Below are positions 50,860 to 63,540 of a stretch of DNA of 64,000 nucleotides, one piece after another. Made by a program: the position numbers and the translations under genes. Under the pieces are notes generated by a model, which saw nothing but the letters and a program-made list of their open reading frames with translations, did no database searches and had not been told where the DNA came from. The number at the start of each line of letters is the position of its first letter. Positions within the stretch are counted from its first letter, which is position 1. Source of the stretch: Raillietiella orientalis (taxonomy: Eukaryota); assembly GCA_036172245.1 (NCBI GenBank), contig JAYWIR010000015.1, forward strand, positions 2,356,001 to 2,420,000, given 5' to 3'.

Positions 50860-53800
50860 ATTAAGAGAAGGCATTTAACGGTGGGTGAGCGCGCCTGCTT
50901 AGGGGGCACCCGTCACTCAAATGTGCTGCTCCCCCTCCTCTGTTCGCCTCCCATTCTGTCCTTCCAGTCGTTCCTCCTCCTCCTCCTCCTCCTCCTCTTT
51001 TGTCTTTCGCAGGTGCGCGTGACTCTCGGGAGCTACCCGCGCGCGCACACATCTTGAACCGCCGGAAAAACGAAGGAAGGCACATCTGTAGTTTCGGAGG
51101 AATCGCATCCCTCGTCCACTTCTCTCTTCTCTACTCTTTTTGCCAGAGCTTCCCGTTTGTGCAGAAGCACTGAATTTTGCGGACTCTATGGCAGAGATGT
51201 GACGAGCTGCCGGGAGACCATGGAGAGCGGAACGGGCCACAGCCATCGGGAAGAGTTGGGCCGGGGAAGGCGACCTCCCTCTTCAGGGTTGTGGTCGGAG
51301 GAGAAGGGGGAAACAGCCAAGGGTTGCGGGCTACGCCCATTACCCCTTCTTCTCCCTATCCCTGCCTTCCTCCCTCGATCGAAGTTGCTTGTCTCAATAA
51401 CGCTCCCAAGAATTTCTCGAAAGGGGAGATGAGGAGAAGGAAGAGATGCCAGGGACACCCTTTTCCTCCTTCATCTTTATTTTCCTTCCCTCTCCCTCCT
51501 CTTGCTCCCCTGTAGGTGCTCAGGAGCTCGTTCTTCCGAGCTCCGGATACTCGTCCCGTGGACTGAGGAGGCGAGCCGGAGGAGGGAGAGGGAGAATAAG
51601 GGGAAAAAAGAGGAAGGGAGGAGGTTTCCTCGGGAACGGAGGGTTTCTTCCCGACCCAAGAAGGATCAGAGGAGGGGGTGATTCTGGGCAGACTCTGCCT
51701 CCGCGGGGCAGCTTCGCTCACAGATTCGGCTCATGTGCGGCACGAGCACGCCCCCGCGTGCGAGTGAGCGGGTAGGCTTCGCCGCCTTTCCCGTCCCCCG
51801 AGGACGAAGCACAAGTCCCGAGGAAGAGACTCGGCTGCTTCTCCGCTATTCCCGAAGATATGCTAATTGTCCCTTACCCTTCCCGCGAGCAGAACCTCGG
51901 CGCGCACAACGGGAGCTCGCTCGGGAATGGCTCCTGGAACGTGGGGGGAGGGGAGCGAGAGGCCGTCCCCACTTTCACACGTCGACAGCAAAATCGATGC
52001 AGCTGAACTGGAGGCACGCAAACACAGCCGGATGGGATTCCCTCTCTGGCAGAGGGCTCTGCACGAAGGGATCCCCCCTCCCCCTTCATCTAAAAAAAGA
52101 AAAACAAATCTCGAATCCAAGCAGAAAGCATCTCTCCCCCTTTCTTCCCCCTTGCTTCCTCCTTTGAGAGCTCCGGTGCTTCTTCCAAGCTCCGTCCCCC
52201 AGTTCTTGGCGAAAAGAGCATTCCCGATTCCTCCAAAAAAAAAAATTAAAGGAAAGGGTGAGGGGAAAGTTGGGAGAGGTGGAGACAGAAGACCAACACT
52301 GAGTGACCAGGGTATTCATGGAGGAAGAGGGAAAACGCGAGGATGGGATGCGAGTCGAAAAAGGTCGGAGAGGTTGCGGCGGAAGAACCTATTCCCCCGA
52401 TTGTCTTCCTCCATTCCTCTTTCCGTCCTCCCACTCTTCCTGAGGTGCTCCCTCCTCGAAGAAAAGAGGTGACTCCTCGAGCAGAGAAGGGAGGAGAACG
52501 AGGAAAGGGACTTGCCGGAGGGGGAATAAGGATTTCCGAGTGCTTGGTCCTGCACCCTTGCCCTCCTCTGAATCTGGTCCTCCCTTTCCTCTTCCTCCTC
52601 TCCTATCGCCTTCGGGAAGACGAGAGAAAGTCGCGCACACCCGCGAGGGAAGGGAGCCCCACGTGACTAGAATGGAGGAGGGGGAGATGACGATGATGAG
52701 AGATGATGATGTGGGGGGAATGAGGAAGAGGAAGAGGAGACACGCGCGGCGTTGCATGACGTCTTCCTCGGAGGGTGCATCCTGGCACGTCCTCCGGGTG
52801 CCACAGCGGCCTCCCGTCGGAGGACCGTCCGCTCACCCTATCCCTTCATTCCTCCCACAGAATGATCAGCCAGCCAGTTTCCTTCTCGGAAGGAGAGGGA
52901 AGGAGTCCTCGGGAGAGATGTGGCGATGTAGAAACGCGGTGGGGTAATAGTTTGTGGGGAACGGAGGCGCTCGATGGGAGAGAGATGAATTGAGGAGGGG
53001 GACAAGGAGGCAGGGGAGAGCAAATCCCTGCTTTCGAGAGAAAAATAGAGTCCCCGGAGTGTTCACCCTTGGGGACGGTCCCGGATACCCCCAAGAATCA
53101 AAAGCCTCCTCCCTCCCTTTTCCCCTCTCCCTTTTCTTCTCCTTTTCTCCTCTCTCCACCCCCCCACCCACCCCCAAAATTTTCGCGCCCTCTACTCCGT
53201 TCACGCAGTTCCCTATCCTTCATCTGCTGCATCTTCTTACTTGGTCGCAGATGCCCTCTATCTGCTGCATGCCCTCAGATTCCTCTCGAACAAACACCGA
53301 CGGAGGGCAGCCGCCTATTCCCTTTTCTTCACTTCCTCAGATCCCAGACCAGAACCCGGACTTTTCCTGCTCGCATCTGATCGGATTTTCCTTGATGAAC
53401 TTCCCTCATAGAGAGTTGGAAGATGGTATGGTCCATCCGAAAATTCCTGGCAGATCCGGGAATTCCGAAAGAAGGGGACGATCAGATCCCCTTTCTCCTC
53501 CCCCACTTCTTCTCCTCCGCGCCTCGGAGTGGTCCGGGAGAGACACAAAAGCATCCTGCGCACTTCTCCAGAACATTCCTTCGAAGCAGGATGGTTCCTT
53601 TTCTTCTTCCATGTCTTGGAAGATGAGGATAGGGGATAGAGTGGGGTGGAGTAGTGGTGGGGAAGCAGCGAAGGAGAATGGCAAGAGGAAGATGGCGGGA
53701 GAAAGGAGAGAGCAGGTTCCGGGTGGTGAAGATCCCTGACCAGCGGTCAGTGGCATTGATCTCCCGTCCTTCTTTTCCCTCACTCTCCTTCCGGACTCCT

Positions 53801-55650
53801 TCGGTTCCCGCGGGGCTCCGCGATTCAGAAGGAGTCGAGATTCGACTCTTGGTTCGCACTCCATCCGAGATCGACAGGATCGACAGATTTCCATGACCTC
53901 TCACTCCTACCTGGAGATTCCTATCCTGGAGGAACCGGATCTCCTCGGACGAGGGAAAGCAGAAAAGTAAAATGGGAGCCGCAAATCGCAGCCTGATCTC
54001 ATTCAATCAGGAGCTCCCTACAAATCGGTACTGTCCCTGCTGCGAACTGCTGATTCTTCTTCACTCGCTACACTCTGTGACAGGAAAAGACCATTCGCGG
54101 TCTTCTCTACCTCGGCGCTTTCCAGACGCTCGTCAGCGCAGACGCCACCTGATGCTTCATCCTAATCCTATTCTTCCTTTCCTCTCCCTTTTCTTCCCGT
54201 GCGAAGTTCGGCGACTCGTCCGGGCGACCGCGAGGAACGCGTTCCCTCTTTCTCGAGGCGTGAAGGATTCCGGAAACGGAGGCGGTTTCCCCTGACAAAA
54301 GGGGGAGGAGGGGAGAGTTCTCCGAAATCTTCACCTCTCCTTCCTTCTGTTCTTCCTTCACGGTCCGTGACTGGAGCTCTCGAAGGGTCCCAAAGAACCC
54401 ATAGGAGGAGCGATCGGGGTCGACGGGACGCTCCCGGGAACCAGCGAGATTAATGGTGCGGCTCGGGGGATGACTGACAACCGTCGTCGGTTCCATACAT
54501 CCTGGCACCTGGCGCTCCTTTTGCAGGCACCGCGCGAGCGTCCCTGTCCTTTACGCCGAATTCTTGTCGATCTGTCCCAGGTAGCGGAGGTGATGCGCGC
54601 AGCAGGGAGAAGAGAGAAAGGAAGAGAAAAGGGGGGGAGGAGCACCGCCTCAGGGATGCAGAGCTCCTTGCAGTAATGGGAGATGGATGGCGCTCGATTC
54701 ATCATCCGGGCGAGACGAGACGGAGGTCTCTCGCCGCCCTGGAGTACGATGCTCTCCCGAGAGGAAGAGCCTGTCCTCCGGAGTTCGAGATCCCTTCTGT
54801 CCCAGATGATCTTCTCCCGCTTCCAGTGCAAGGTGCTCGCTTTCAATGCGACCCATCTTCCCGGAGGAGTGTACAACGGAGCTAGGAGGGCTCCTTAGGC
54901 ACTTTTCCTTCCCTAAGCTCTCTCTACCTCCTCCTGGTTCGCTTCGGCTCCGTTACCTGCGCGCTTCGGAGGGGCGGTCTCCGGAGAGGCAGGGACTCAT
55001 GAGTGAGACGAGGGAGAGAGGGTAAGACTGATGCTTCGGGCGCTTGCTCTTCCCTGCAATGCGGGGCTCGAAGAGCGGGATAGAATTGGAAAAGGAACAG
55101 AGGTCCATGCCGCCTCCGTGAGAGAATCAGGATCCAGAGAAACTTCTTCCAGTTAGCATGCTCTGGGAGCTCCCTTCCACCCTGCCCTTCTCTGTGCTGC
55201 GAAAGGAACTCGTACTGAAGTTCCCGATCCGCAGTATCCCCGAGAAATGCCTGAAGGTGAAGGCAATGTAGCCAAGGGAGACATCCAGGCTCAGGAAGCT
55301 TTTAGGAGAGAAGAAACCTCTACAGATGTTCCTTTGCACTGGTCGGTTCGGATGAGGACACAGAGAAACGTCTGCCTCGGGCTCCTGACACCAAGAGCAT
55401 CACTCGTGAGGAGGTGAGGCAACGAGGGATTCAGAGAAGGCGGATCCGAGCGACTGAGCTCACCCACGTGAGGCTAGCTGCCAGAGAGTTTAGTTGACCT
55501 CTGCACACTGGAAACCTCTCCCATGAATTGGACATTTCTTGGCGCAGAGGGCGAGGTCGTTTGGTTCATCGCTTTGGAAGCTGCTGTGACTCGTGTAGGA
55601 TGCTTCACGGGCAACCTGGTCGCGGGAAACAACGCAAACAGGACGACCTC
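50860..55650 (-). mobile_element. Degraded full-span L1/Tx1-like ORF2, inflated by low-complexity tracts
   Basis: VQFMGEV, AFTFRHFSGILRIGNF (APE), RWVALK, RESIVLQGGERPPSRL (linker), GQYRF, GNLSILSISDGVR, ILIFQDM, EFPDLPGI, IILWEE*RDRV, PPTGG, ALHGLPAA, GCDSSETT..PAVQDV, in order. Confidence 0.58.
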
Positions 55651-55764
55651 CTTCTCATCTCCTTCCCTCTCTATTTCCCTTTAATAATAAAGGGCCACTA
55701 GCGACCTCACGGGTAGATCGTTACTACTGAGGACCGGGATGATTCTCACCTTGTTATGCCTGAA

Positions 55765-57200
55765 CATTTATTACGTTTGTAATAAAAATACATTTTTGTG
55801 GACAATGAACGCACAATGAAACTGCCGGATACCGGTGCGCAGACTGTCGAGGTCCGCTTCGGCAGCTTGGGGGAAGGGAAAACAAAACACAAAAAAATAA
55901 ACAAACAAAACGGGGGAGGGAAATTTATACACGGGGAAAGGGGAATCGAGGAAGGGATCACAGTACGCTTCCAGGCGTCTCCGGCATCCTGTTCAGGATG
56001 CTTTCAAGTTCTGTCCGGATAGTGCTCAGGTGGGGCCATCTCGAGGCGATCTCCAGGAAGATCCGCGCCCAGTGCATGGCGTCCTTGCTATTCTGGCCTC
56101 CTCTTCCGGCGTTCCAGACCGCCACAATTCCGCGGACGCAGCACAGAACTGCGAGGGACGCGGCCGACGGCAGAGCGGCACGCGCGAAGAGACGTTTGAA
56201 AATGTTCCTGGGGCCACCAGTCGGGATTCCTAGGACCGTCGAAGACGATCTTAAAGGCTCGGAGAACAGTATAGACCAACAGCAGGTGTGGGAGGGTCTC
56301 CTTCTTCCGTACCTGTCGCACTTGCATCCACTCTTCCCCCTCCCTCTGTGTCCAGTGGTGAAGGCGCGCTTTGCATGAGATTCCCCCATGCAACACCAGC
56401 AACGCCAACTCCTGCCACTTGAAGAGAAGGGTACCATTGTTCCAGCATGCTGGGGGTCACTCCATCTCCTTCTGAGGGATGCTGAGCAGCTCCACCCAGC
56501 GTTCAAGTCCGTAAGCTGGGACATTCGGGATCTCAGCGTCTGTCACTTCCAGAGTTGTTCATGCCCCCCAGAAGTTTCGTTTTTGCTGCTATGGAGCACG
56601 TTACTTCCCATTTTGCCTCGATTACGCCGTTACATCTAACCCCCTTGTCCCCGTGTTGCCGTTCCTTAGGGAGGGCAGCACAAGGACAAGGGGTAGATGA
56701 GACCCACAGCATCTTCTGCGGGTTGCGTACGATCTCCTCCAACGACTTGCAAGTGTTGACGCATCACCTCAGGCAGGAGTACCCCACCTCTCTCGCGCCG
56801 TGGGTCTTCCCCCAAGCAAAGACCGACTCCTAAAGCCAGGCAGTGCAGTTCGTGGGAAGGCAGGAGATCAAGGTGTTCACCTCCTCCAGGGCAACCATAT
56901 GGCGGAGTTGGCATCCGCAACGCCTCAGGAATCTCTCGCGAGAGACGAGGAGGGATGCGAGTCCCTCGCAACCGGTCGCGCTCTTCGCAAGGAGCCGTGC
57001 TGGTGCGCACCAGGGCGTGGTTCATAGCCTCACTGAGAGGATTCTTCTGAATGGGAGCTGACTTTCCATCCTCTCCAGCCCAGTTCACCATCTTTACGCG
57101 GAGCACACAAGTCTTTTAAACTCGGGACCTATCTGTGTCCCAGAGGGCTTTCCTCAGGAGATCCTAAAAGGACTAGGATGATGAAAATCCTCTGGGATTC
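55765..57200 (-). mobile_element. L1/Tx1-like ORF2 3' part with 3' UTR (clearest copy)
   Basis: LLRKALWDTDRSRV-SLKDLCAPRKDGELGW, ALLVLHGGISCKARLHH, CKCDRYG-KKETLPHLLL, VAVWNAG, FLEIASRWPHL; TGA at 55960-55958, U-rich UTR, AATAAA near 55770. Confidence 0.7.
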
Positions 57201-57699
57201 TTCTGTTGCACTACATCTTTTTTCTATTTTTTAATGGTTCTCAGGGACTACTGAAAAACTGTTCGCCCCCTGAGGGGGCTCACAAAGCTCTTTAAACACT
57301 GACCACGCCACCCGAGGGTGCGTGAAGTCACTCTTCAATTTAGGAGGTCACCCCGGAGGGACCATACTATCAATCCAGGGGGAGCTTTGGTGGAAAGAGT
57401 CCGTTTCTCTCAGGCTTAAAAGGGAACCCCGAAGGGAACCTTCTCTCTGATTGTCTCCGAAGGGAACCTCCTTCCTCATTCTCTTTGGAGGGACCCTCCA
57501 GAGAGGACTGCTCCTCATTTCTTCTCCGGAGGGAATCCGGAGAAAAATCGGCGCTCCTGGAATTTCTACTCCGGAGGGAACCCGCAAGAGAACTCCTCCT
57601 TGTTACTCCTTGTTACTTCTCTGGAAAGAACCCTGAAGGGACGCTTCCCATTTTCTCTGAAGGGAGCAGCGCGCTTCTGACACTCTGGAGAGGCAATTT

Positions 57700-58960
57700 T
57701 CCGAGAGGGGTATCAACCAGCTCTATGTTACGCGCCGGAGGGTCTCCCCCACCCCACTCCGAAAGGGGAAACGGCTCCATTTGCATAAAGGAAGGAAGCC
57801 CAGAATGGAACCGGCTCCTTGATTCCCAGAAGGACCACGGAGGGTCAACTTCCAATACCAGCTAGTCAAAGGGGGTGTCCTGGGGTTTCCGGCTTTCATC
57901 AGTGCCTCACCCGAAGCCTACAGGCCGGCCAGAGTCATCTTGCGGAGGGACTCGAAACCCATGACGCACCCATTTCTCAATGCCTATCCACCACGCGGGA
58001 ATTCGAAGCCGCAACGCTTTGTGCCACGCACGGAGACCCGCCGGAGACACACGGCCGCCAACGCTGTAGAGAGGGTTGTTTCCGTTCAGAAAGGATATTC
58101 ATCCCATGTCAACTGAGCCTGCAACGGCCTGAAGTCGTGCTTCGGGGTCACTGGAGTAGTGACCTAGTAGCATGCTCGGCTCCCGGGAGGAGACGGTTTT
58201 CGATCCCCCGGCACGGCAGTTTCGGGCCAATCTCCCCAAATGAGCTTCTCCTTTCCTTTATGGGTGGAACTGTTGAGCCTGTTCTGGCTCCTTTTCGCCT
58301 CTGGTGATGACGAGGGAGGGCTTCCGTTTGGAACTAGGGCTAAAAAGGAGTCGGAGATGGGATCGGTATCTGAATTGTCCGCCTCCCTTTTCTTTCCTCT
58401 GAGAAAGAACTTGTCCTGCGGGCTTCCAGGATAGAGAAGTAGCTCCCTAGGGATCTCTCGGAGGAGCCTGCGGTTTCGGACACTTTTCTCCTTCCTGTCT
58501 CCAGTTCCTCTTCTTTCATTCTGCCCTACCCACGTTCTATGAAAGCCTTTAGAACTACACGCTGTCCCCTTCTCTTTCTCTCCTTGTCTATTCTTCTCCT
58601 CTCGCTTCCTTTCTCCCTAGCGGCGCTCAAAAGCTCTTCCACAAACTCCTACCCTCTGAGTTTGCCACTGGAATTCAGCTGGAACGGAAAGGAGGTAGAG
58701 AGGGTTGTCAACTGAGCCCGCAACGGGCTGAGGTCGTGCTTCAAGATCACTGGAGTGGTGACCTAGTAGCATGCTCGGCTCCCGGGAGGAGGCGGTTTTT
58801 GATCCCCGGACAAGGTAGTGTCGGGCCAATCTCCCCAAATGAGCCCTTCTGAAATGGCGTCTTCTCGCCCTCTCTTTCCCAGCACCGCAGTCCCGAAAGC
58901 GTCCCGATGCAGGCTGACACATCTAGAACATCGAAGATTTCGGAGGATCGAATAAAAGAC
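57700..58960 (-). mobile_element. L1/Tx1-like APE endonuclease relic with internal duplication
   Basis: FDVLDVSA..RCWE, LIWGDW (cf. iiGDFN; present twice), DEYPF, TSWYWKLT (cf. gyWKLN). Confidence 0.55.
58107..58844 (+). repeat. Direct repeat of 139 bp (58107-58245 and 58706-58844)
   Basis: tgtcaactgagcc...gtgacctagtagcatgctcggctcccgggaggag...gggccaatctccccaaatgagc in both copies. Confidence 0.92.
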
Positions 58961-59499
58961 CTCTTGTCCTCTAAGTGGACCCCTAAGGTTCCTTTCGGTA
59001 AGAATTCTTCCCTGGTTGCTGAATGAAAATGAACAGCAGATGCTGATTACGTAACGAATGTTTACGAAGTAAATAACAATAATAAAGAAGGATTTATCCC
59101 CAGTTCTTTTCGTCAGAAGAGCTTCCTCGCTTATGACTCGGAACGTTACTTTTTTTGGCATCAGCAACGAATCTGGGAACTCCGAAGGACCATAGTACCT
59201 TCCTTTCCTCTTGCATTTCTAAAGATTGTCACCTTCCCGGCAGGAATGTCTTCCTCTTCTTCCCTTCCCTTTCCTGTATCCAGGAGAGAAAAGTTGGATG
59301 CGGATTCCTCCAGACTCTTTAATGAGGCAGTCAGAAGGTACAGCTCATCCTCAAATACAAAAACACAACTGCTTTTCCCAAAGAACAGAAAATCTTCCTT
59401 CTTTTTCTACGGTCTTATTCGGGAACATCAGGAAGAGACCGCTGACAAATCGACGTTGGCATCTAGGAGCATATGAACCTAGTTTGCCTCCTGAACCAC

Positions 59500-61150
59500 C
59501 CCCTCCCTGTCTGCCGATACATTTCATTCGTTTCCTAATTCTGAATCAGGAAGAGACTCCACGCGGATGTAAGGAGCATTCCTCTACTCCCTTCCTTGTC
59601 TCCGGTGACTCTTTCGTAAATCCCAGAACTCGGAGAGCGGTCCCTCCGGATCTCTGCGTCCCCTGTAGTTTCGGAAGGAGGCCCCCATTGGAGCTTCCTG
59701 TGCCCTCGAACACATCTGGAAGCACCAGAGCGACCGGACTAGGAAAAAAGAATATAAGACTGAAATGTTCTTGACTTGGAAGCTGCCTCTGGAACAGGGC
59801 AAGGGCAGAAGAGTGAACGATATGACCGGGACCCAGGCAGTCTCCTTACTCCGCCAGATACCTAAGTTGGCGCACCAATCCCAAATCCTCGGATTTTATC
59901 TACATACCTTCACGCGCCTTGGGATCCGAGAACCCAGTCGCCTACCGTACGTTCTGTGGGACAGGACTCAAGCAAGATTGGAGAGAGAGCGAGAAAGAAA
60001 AAATAAAATGAAGAAGGAAAGGATGGGGAAAAAGAAAAGGAAAGGGAAACATGAGGGTGAGAACAAGCAGCTTGAAGAGAGGGAGAAAGCGCATCCAGTC
60101 AAGTATCCAGACTGTGTAGCTTTCCCTCGGGATATGTTCCGTTCCAGAGGTTGCTAAGAGAAGTGACACCTTCTCACTGAGACCTTTTCCCAACCTTTTG
60201 AATGCCTTCGACCATCACTGAGACCTGGCCTGGAAGAGATCCATAAAGATCTACAAATCTCCGGACGCCTCGACAAGAGCAACCTGAGGGAAATCCCGCG
60301 GTTTCCAGATAGCAACTCCAAGGGATCCCAAACCGAAAAGATTCTCGAGTCTTCCTTCTTGCGAAGCGTTGGCATTCCAGGATATAGGAAGGAAGGCTTG
60401 ATCGACAGCACTGGATAGCCCGACAGATTAACAAATGGCTTCCAGACTGTCCTGGAGGAACTTCTTTATTAATGGGTTGAGGGTTTTCCCCAATCCCTGT
60501 AATGGATGGAATATATCTCAAACGAGAAGATATTGGGCTGATCCCCAGCCATGGAGTTCTGGAATCTGCAGGAAATGACAAGGCGATATGGGGAGATTCC
60601 GGCAACCCAATCGGATGGGAAGCCACACATTAATTCCTTATCCCTCTTTCCTCCTCCTTCCTCTCTTCACTAGTGTCACATTTCGTGAGAGGTCTGAGCG
60701 CCTCTTTCTGGAGAAGGAGGATCTGGTCGCATCCGAAGCTCAGCTTGTTTTGTGTGCATCGGTGTTTGTGATCACCGTAGCTGGTGGTCACGCCTGGAGC
60801 ATGAGCTGCTTTACACGGCGCATGGAGAAGTGCCCACGAAATCATTTGAGGAGAGAAGGAGGAGGAGGGAGGGAGGAGGAAAAGAGGGTGCATGAAGGAG
60901 AAGGTAAACCAACTCTTTCCTCCAAATTTCTTCCTTGCTCTCGTTCATTCTTCCAACCGCTCCGAGGACCACCTTCTTTCTAGGAACCATTCCCTTAGCG
61001 AAACTCCTGGTGAGTCTCGGAGCACAAAGGCAGCATGCGTAAGGGCATGGACCCAGCCAGTCCTGAGGACTCTTAGGTTTTGGAGTCATACAAGCTGCAC
61101 GCATTCCAAGCGATCCTGAGGCAAAGAACAGGCTGTAATCTTCTAGAGAG
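59500..61150 (-). mobile_element. Degraded L1/Tx1-like RT
   Basis: GLPES, ISPISS, VPPGQSG, IPWSCYLETAGFP..VDLY..VMVEG, SVR-RCHFS (cf. GVRQGCPLS), YG-ATG, QLRYLA, NISVLYSFFL..LWC. Confidence 0.6.
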
Positions 61151-61379
61151 AGAACGGTCAACGGAGGGGGGAGGGATTAGGAAAGGAGAGCGAGAGAAGG
61201 GGGATGGAGAGAGATGGTAAAGAAAAGGAGGTAAACTTTCAGCAACAAGTCCAACCTTCCCGGTGGAGGTAGAGACAACTTTCAATTACCCTCTGCTGCA
61301 TCCCCACTCGTTCTTTGAGATGATCCAATCTCTTCCTCTCTCTGGGAGAGAGGTCTTACTTTCCACTCGAGACTGACCT

Positions 61380-63540
61380 TTCTGGAAAGCAGCATTCCTA
61401 AATCTTATAGCAGTGAGGAGGACCACGTCATTATAACGAGATGGAGGACTCTCTACGGATTTTCTCTTCTAGAATGGGAGGAGGGAAAAAGAGAAGCGCA
61501 GGAGAGGCAACTCTCTTCTCGAAGGAAAAGGGGATCGTCGGAGGGTCTCTGGGGAGATGGGAGTGCGCGCAAGTGGAACGGGGCGTGGGGACGTCGAAGT
61601 CGCCTGACGTGGCTCCCGGATAAAGATACAGAGCCGATGGAGCGAAAGGAGGCTAGGAGAGTGGAGGAATTGTGGGTAAAGGTATAGGCTGGAGGTAACG
61701 TCGTGACTTCACGCGGCTGTCGCGCGTTGGGAAGTCTGCTGACACGGCAGAATTCTCCTTGGAGGACCTTATTGTCTTCTCCACAGGAGAGCGGTGGAAG
61801 GAGAGAAGCAGACTATGAAAGTTCCCGTTTTCCTACATCACGTGCTGCATGCTCTGGGGAAAGCGAATAGTGGGGGAGACAGGAAGCCTTGAATTGACGG
61901 ATGGCAAGAGAAAGAGGCCGAGGTTGCCTGACAATGAGTAACTTTTCCCTGAAGCGTAGCCAGGCGGATCGTGCGACTGAGTCGCTCTCACACCTTATTT
62001 TAGACGGAAAGTCCCTCTGCAGTGGGTAGCTAAAAACAAGAGCACCTGGAGAAAAGGATGATGGAAGTGGATTGGGAAGAAAAGTTCAATGGCATCCTTC
62101 GAAGATCGCCTGAGTGTCCTAGGTCGCATGGCTGCGCTCCCTCCAGTTCTGTAAGAGGAACCAGCCCATTGCCTACAGGGCATGGGTGCTAACAAGGAAT
62201 AGGGAGACCATGTAATCCTCATTGGTGAAAGCCCAGCTATGCTGAAACTGCTCGCGAATTTGACTTGCATAAGTTTGAGAGTTGTCTGCAGGTATAATCT
62301 ATGAATTTCTTTGGTCTTTCCTCCCTCTCTGTTCCTCATCGTTCTTTGCTCCCTCTGCTCTTTCTTTCCATCTGATAAAAACTCAGAGCCTTAGGAAAGG
62401 TTTCATTCTTTTTTTGTGTTTTTTCCCCTTTGCTACTTTTTCGATCAGGAAAAGTAATCTTTCTTCTGTAGCTAAGGAAAATTTCGAGAAATACAGTATA
62501 GGGCATCCGTCATCCATTGTCTTCCGGAAGCTGGTATTCGTTACTCGATGTTTTCTTCTCATGAGAGACGAGGTCACTAGTGGAGCGGAAGAGCGGAATC
62601 TCGCTGAAACTGCGGCGCGTCATCCTCTCCTTCCACTTTGCACGTTCCGGGAAGTGATTTTTGTTTGCCGATACAAAGAACTCTTTCCACCATCATTAGC
62701 AGGGTATGGTGACTACCAGTTCCTGCTATCCAAAACACAAGAGGAGGTCATGCTTGAAAATTCCACGCCACCTTGAAGTAAAGTTTCTGGAGGGCGACAT
62801 TCCTGAATCCCCACACAGGTTGCATGGTCTCTGTGATGTGAGCGCGGTCTCAGTGATTTCCAGGAGTTTCAGAACTTTTTTCTAGGATACGCAACCCTTG
62901 ACAATTTTTTTTTATCTCCTTGTATCAGTCTTGGGAGAAGACATCTGTATGAGCTCAAGCGAGGAGGAAGGGGCTCCTGGAAGTTCATCTTCAGCTGCGG
63001 CACCGCTACTCCAGCAGGAAGAGATACCACATTTTTCAGGAGTGAACCTCACTTCGGGAGAGCGATCGAGTGTCCTCCTTCTCTCTCAGCTCCAGGTGCC
63101 AGTGGCACGTTCCATTGGATTCCGAAGAAGTCTGATGATATCTTCTGGCATTGTCAGCTCATGGAGAGTGCAGTAGCAGCAAGAGCATCAAGAGCCTTTG
63201 TCTTGACGACCCCTGTAGAGGTCCCTGACAACCCGAAGTGCTGTCGCTGAAAAGGAAGACGCATGACTTCGTGTTTCCATTCGACACGTCCGTTCTCTTG
63301 CCTGTTACCTACGACATTGCTGCCTATGGACACTCCATGCTGGCACAGGAAGCAAACCAACGTTATTCTCCTTCCTTTGAAAGGTATATGGGCGGAAAAC
63401 TGGTACACTCGGCTTGGTGTCCAAGGTCGTGCTCTTGACGTAGAAGTACTCGAAAAAGAGGGCAAAGAGGGGAATGACTGCCTGCATCAAGGCAGGATGA
63501 TATCAAATCACTTCGACGGTCACGGAAAATGGGACTGAAG
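61380..63540 (+). mobile_element. Degraded L1/Tx1-like ORF2 (RT to zinc finger)
   Basis: AAFLNL, RMGGG..TLFS..VGGSL..VERGV, READY, VPL..STW, RLSVLGRMAAL..P.H, PKKSDDIFW, DNPKCCR, TNVILLPLKGIW. Confidence 0.58.

Noticed and set aside
57340..57760. Recurrent ccggaggga/gggaacc words suggesting a CRISPR-like or tandem array
   Set aside because: The words are 7-10 nt long with irregular spacing, in a eukaryotic context with no cas genes.
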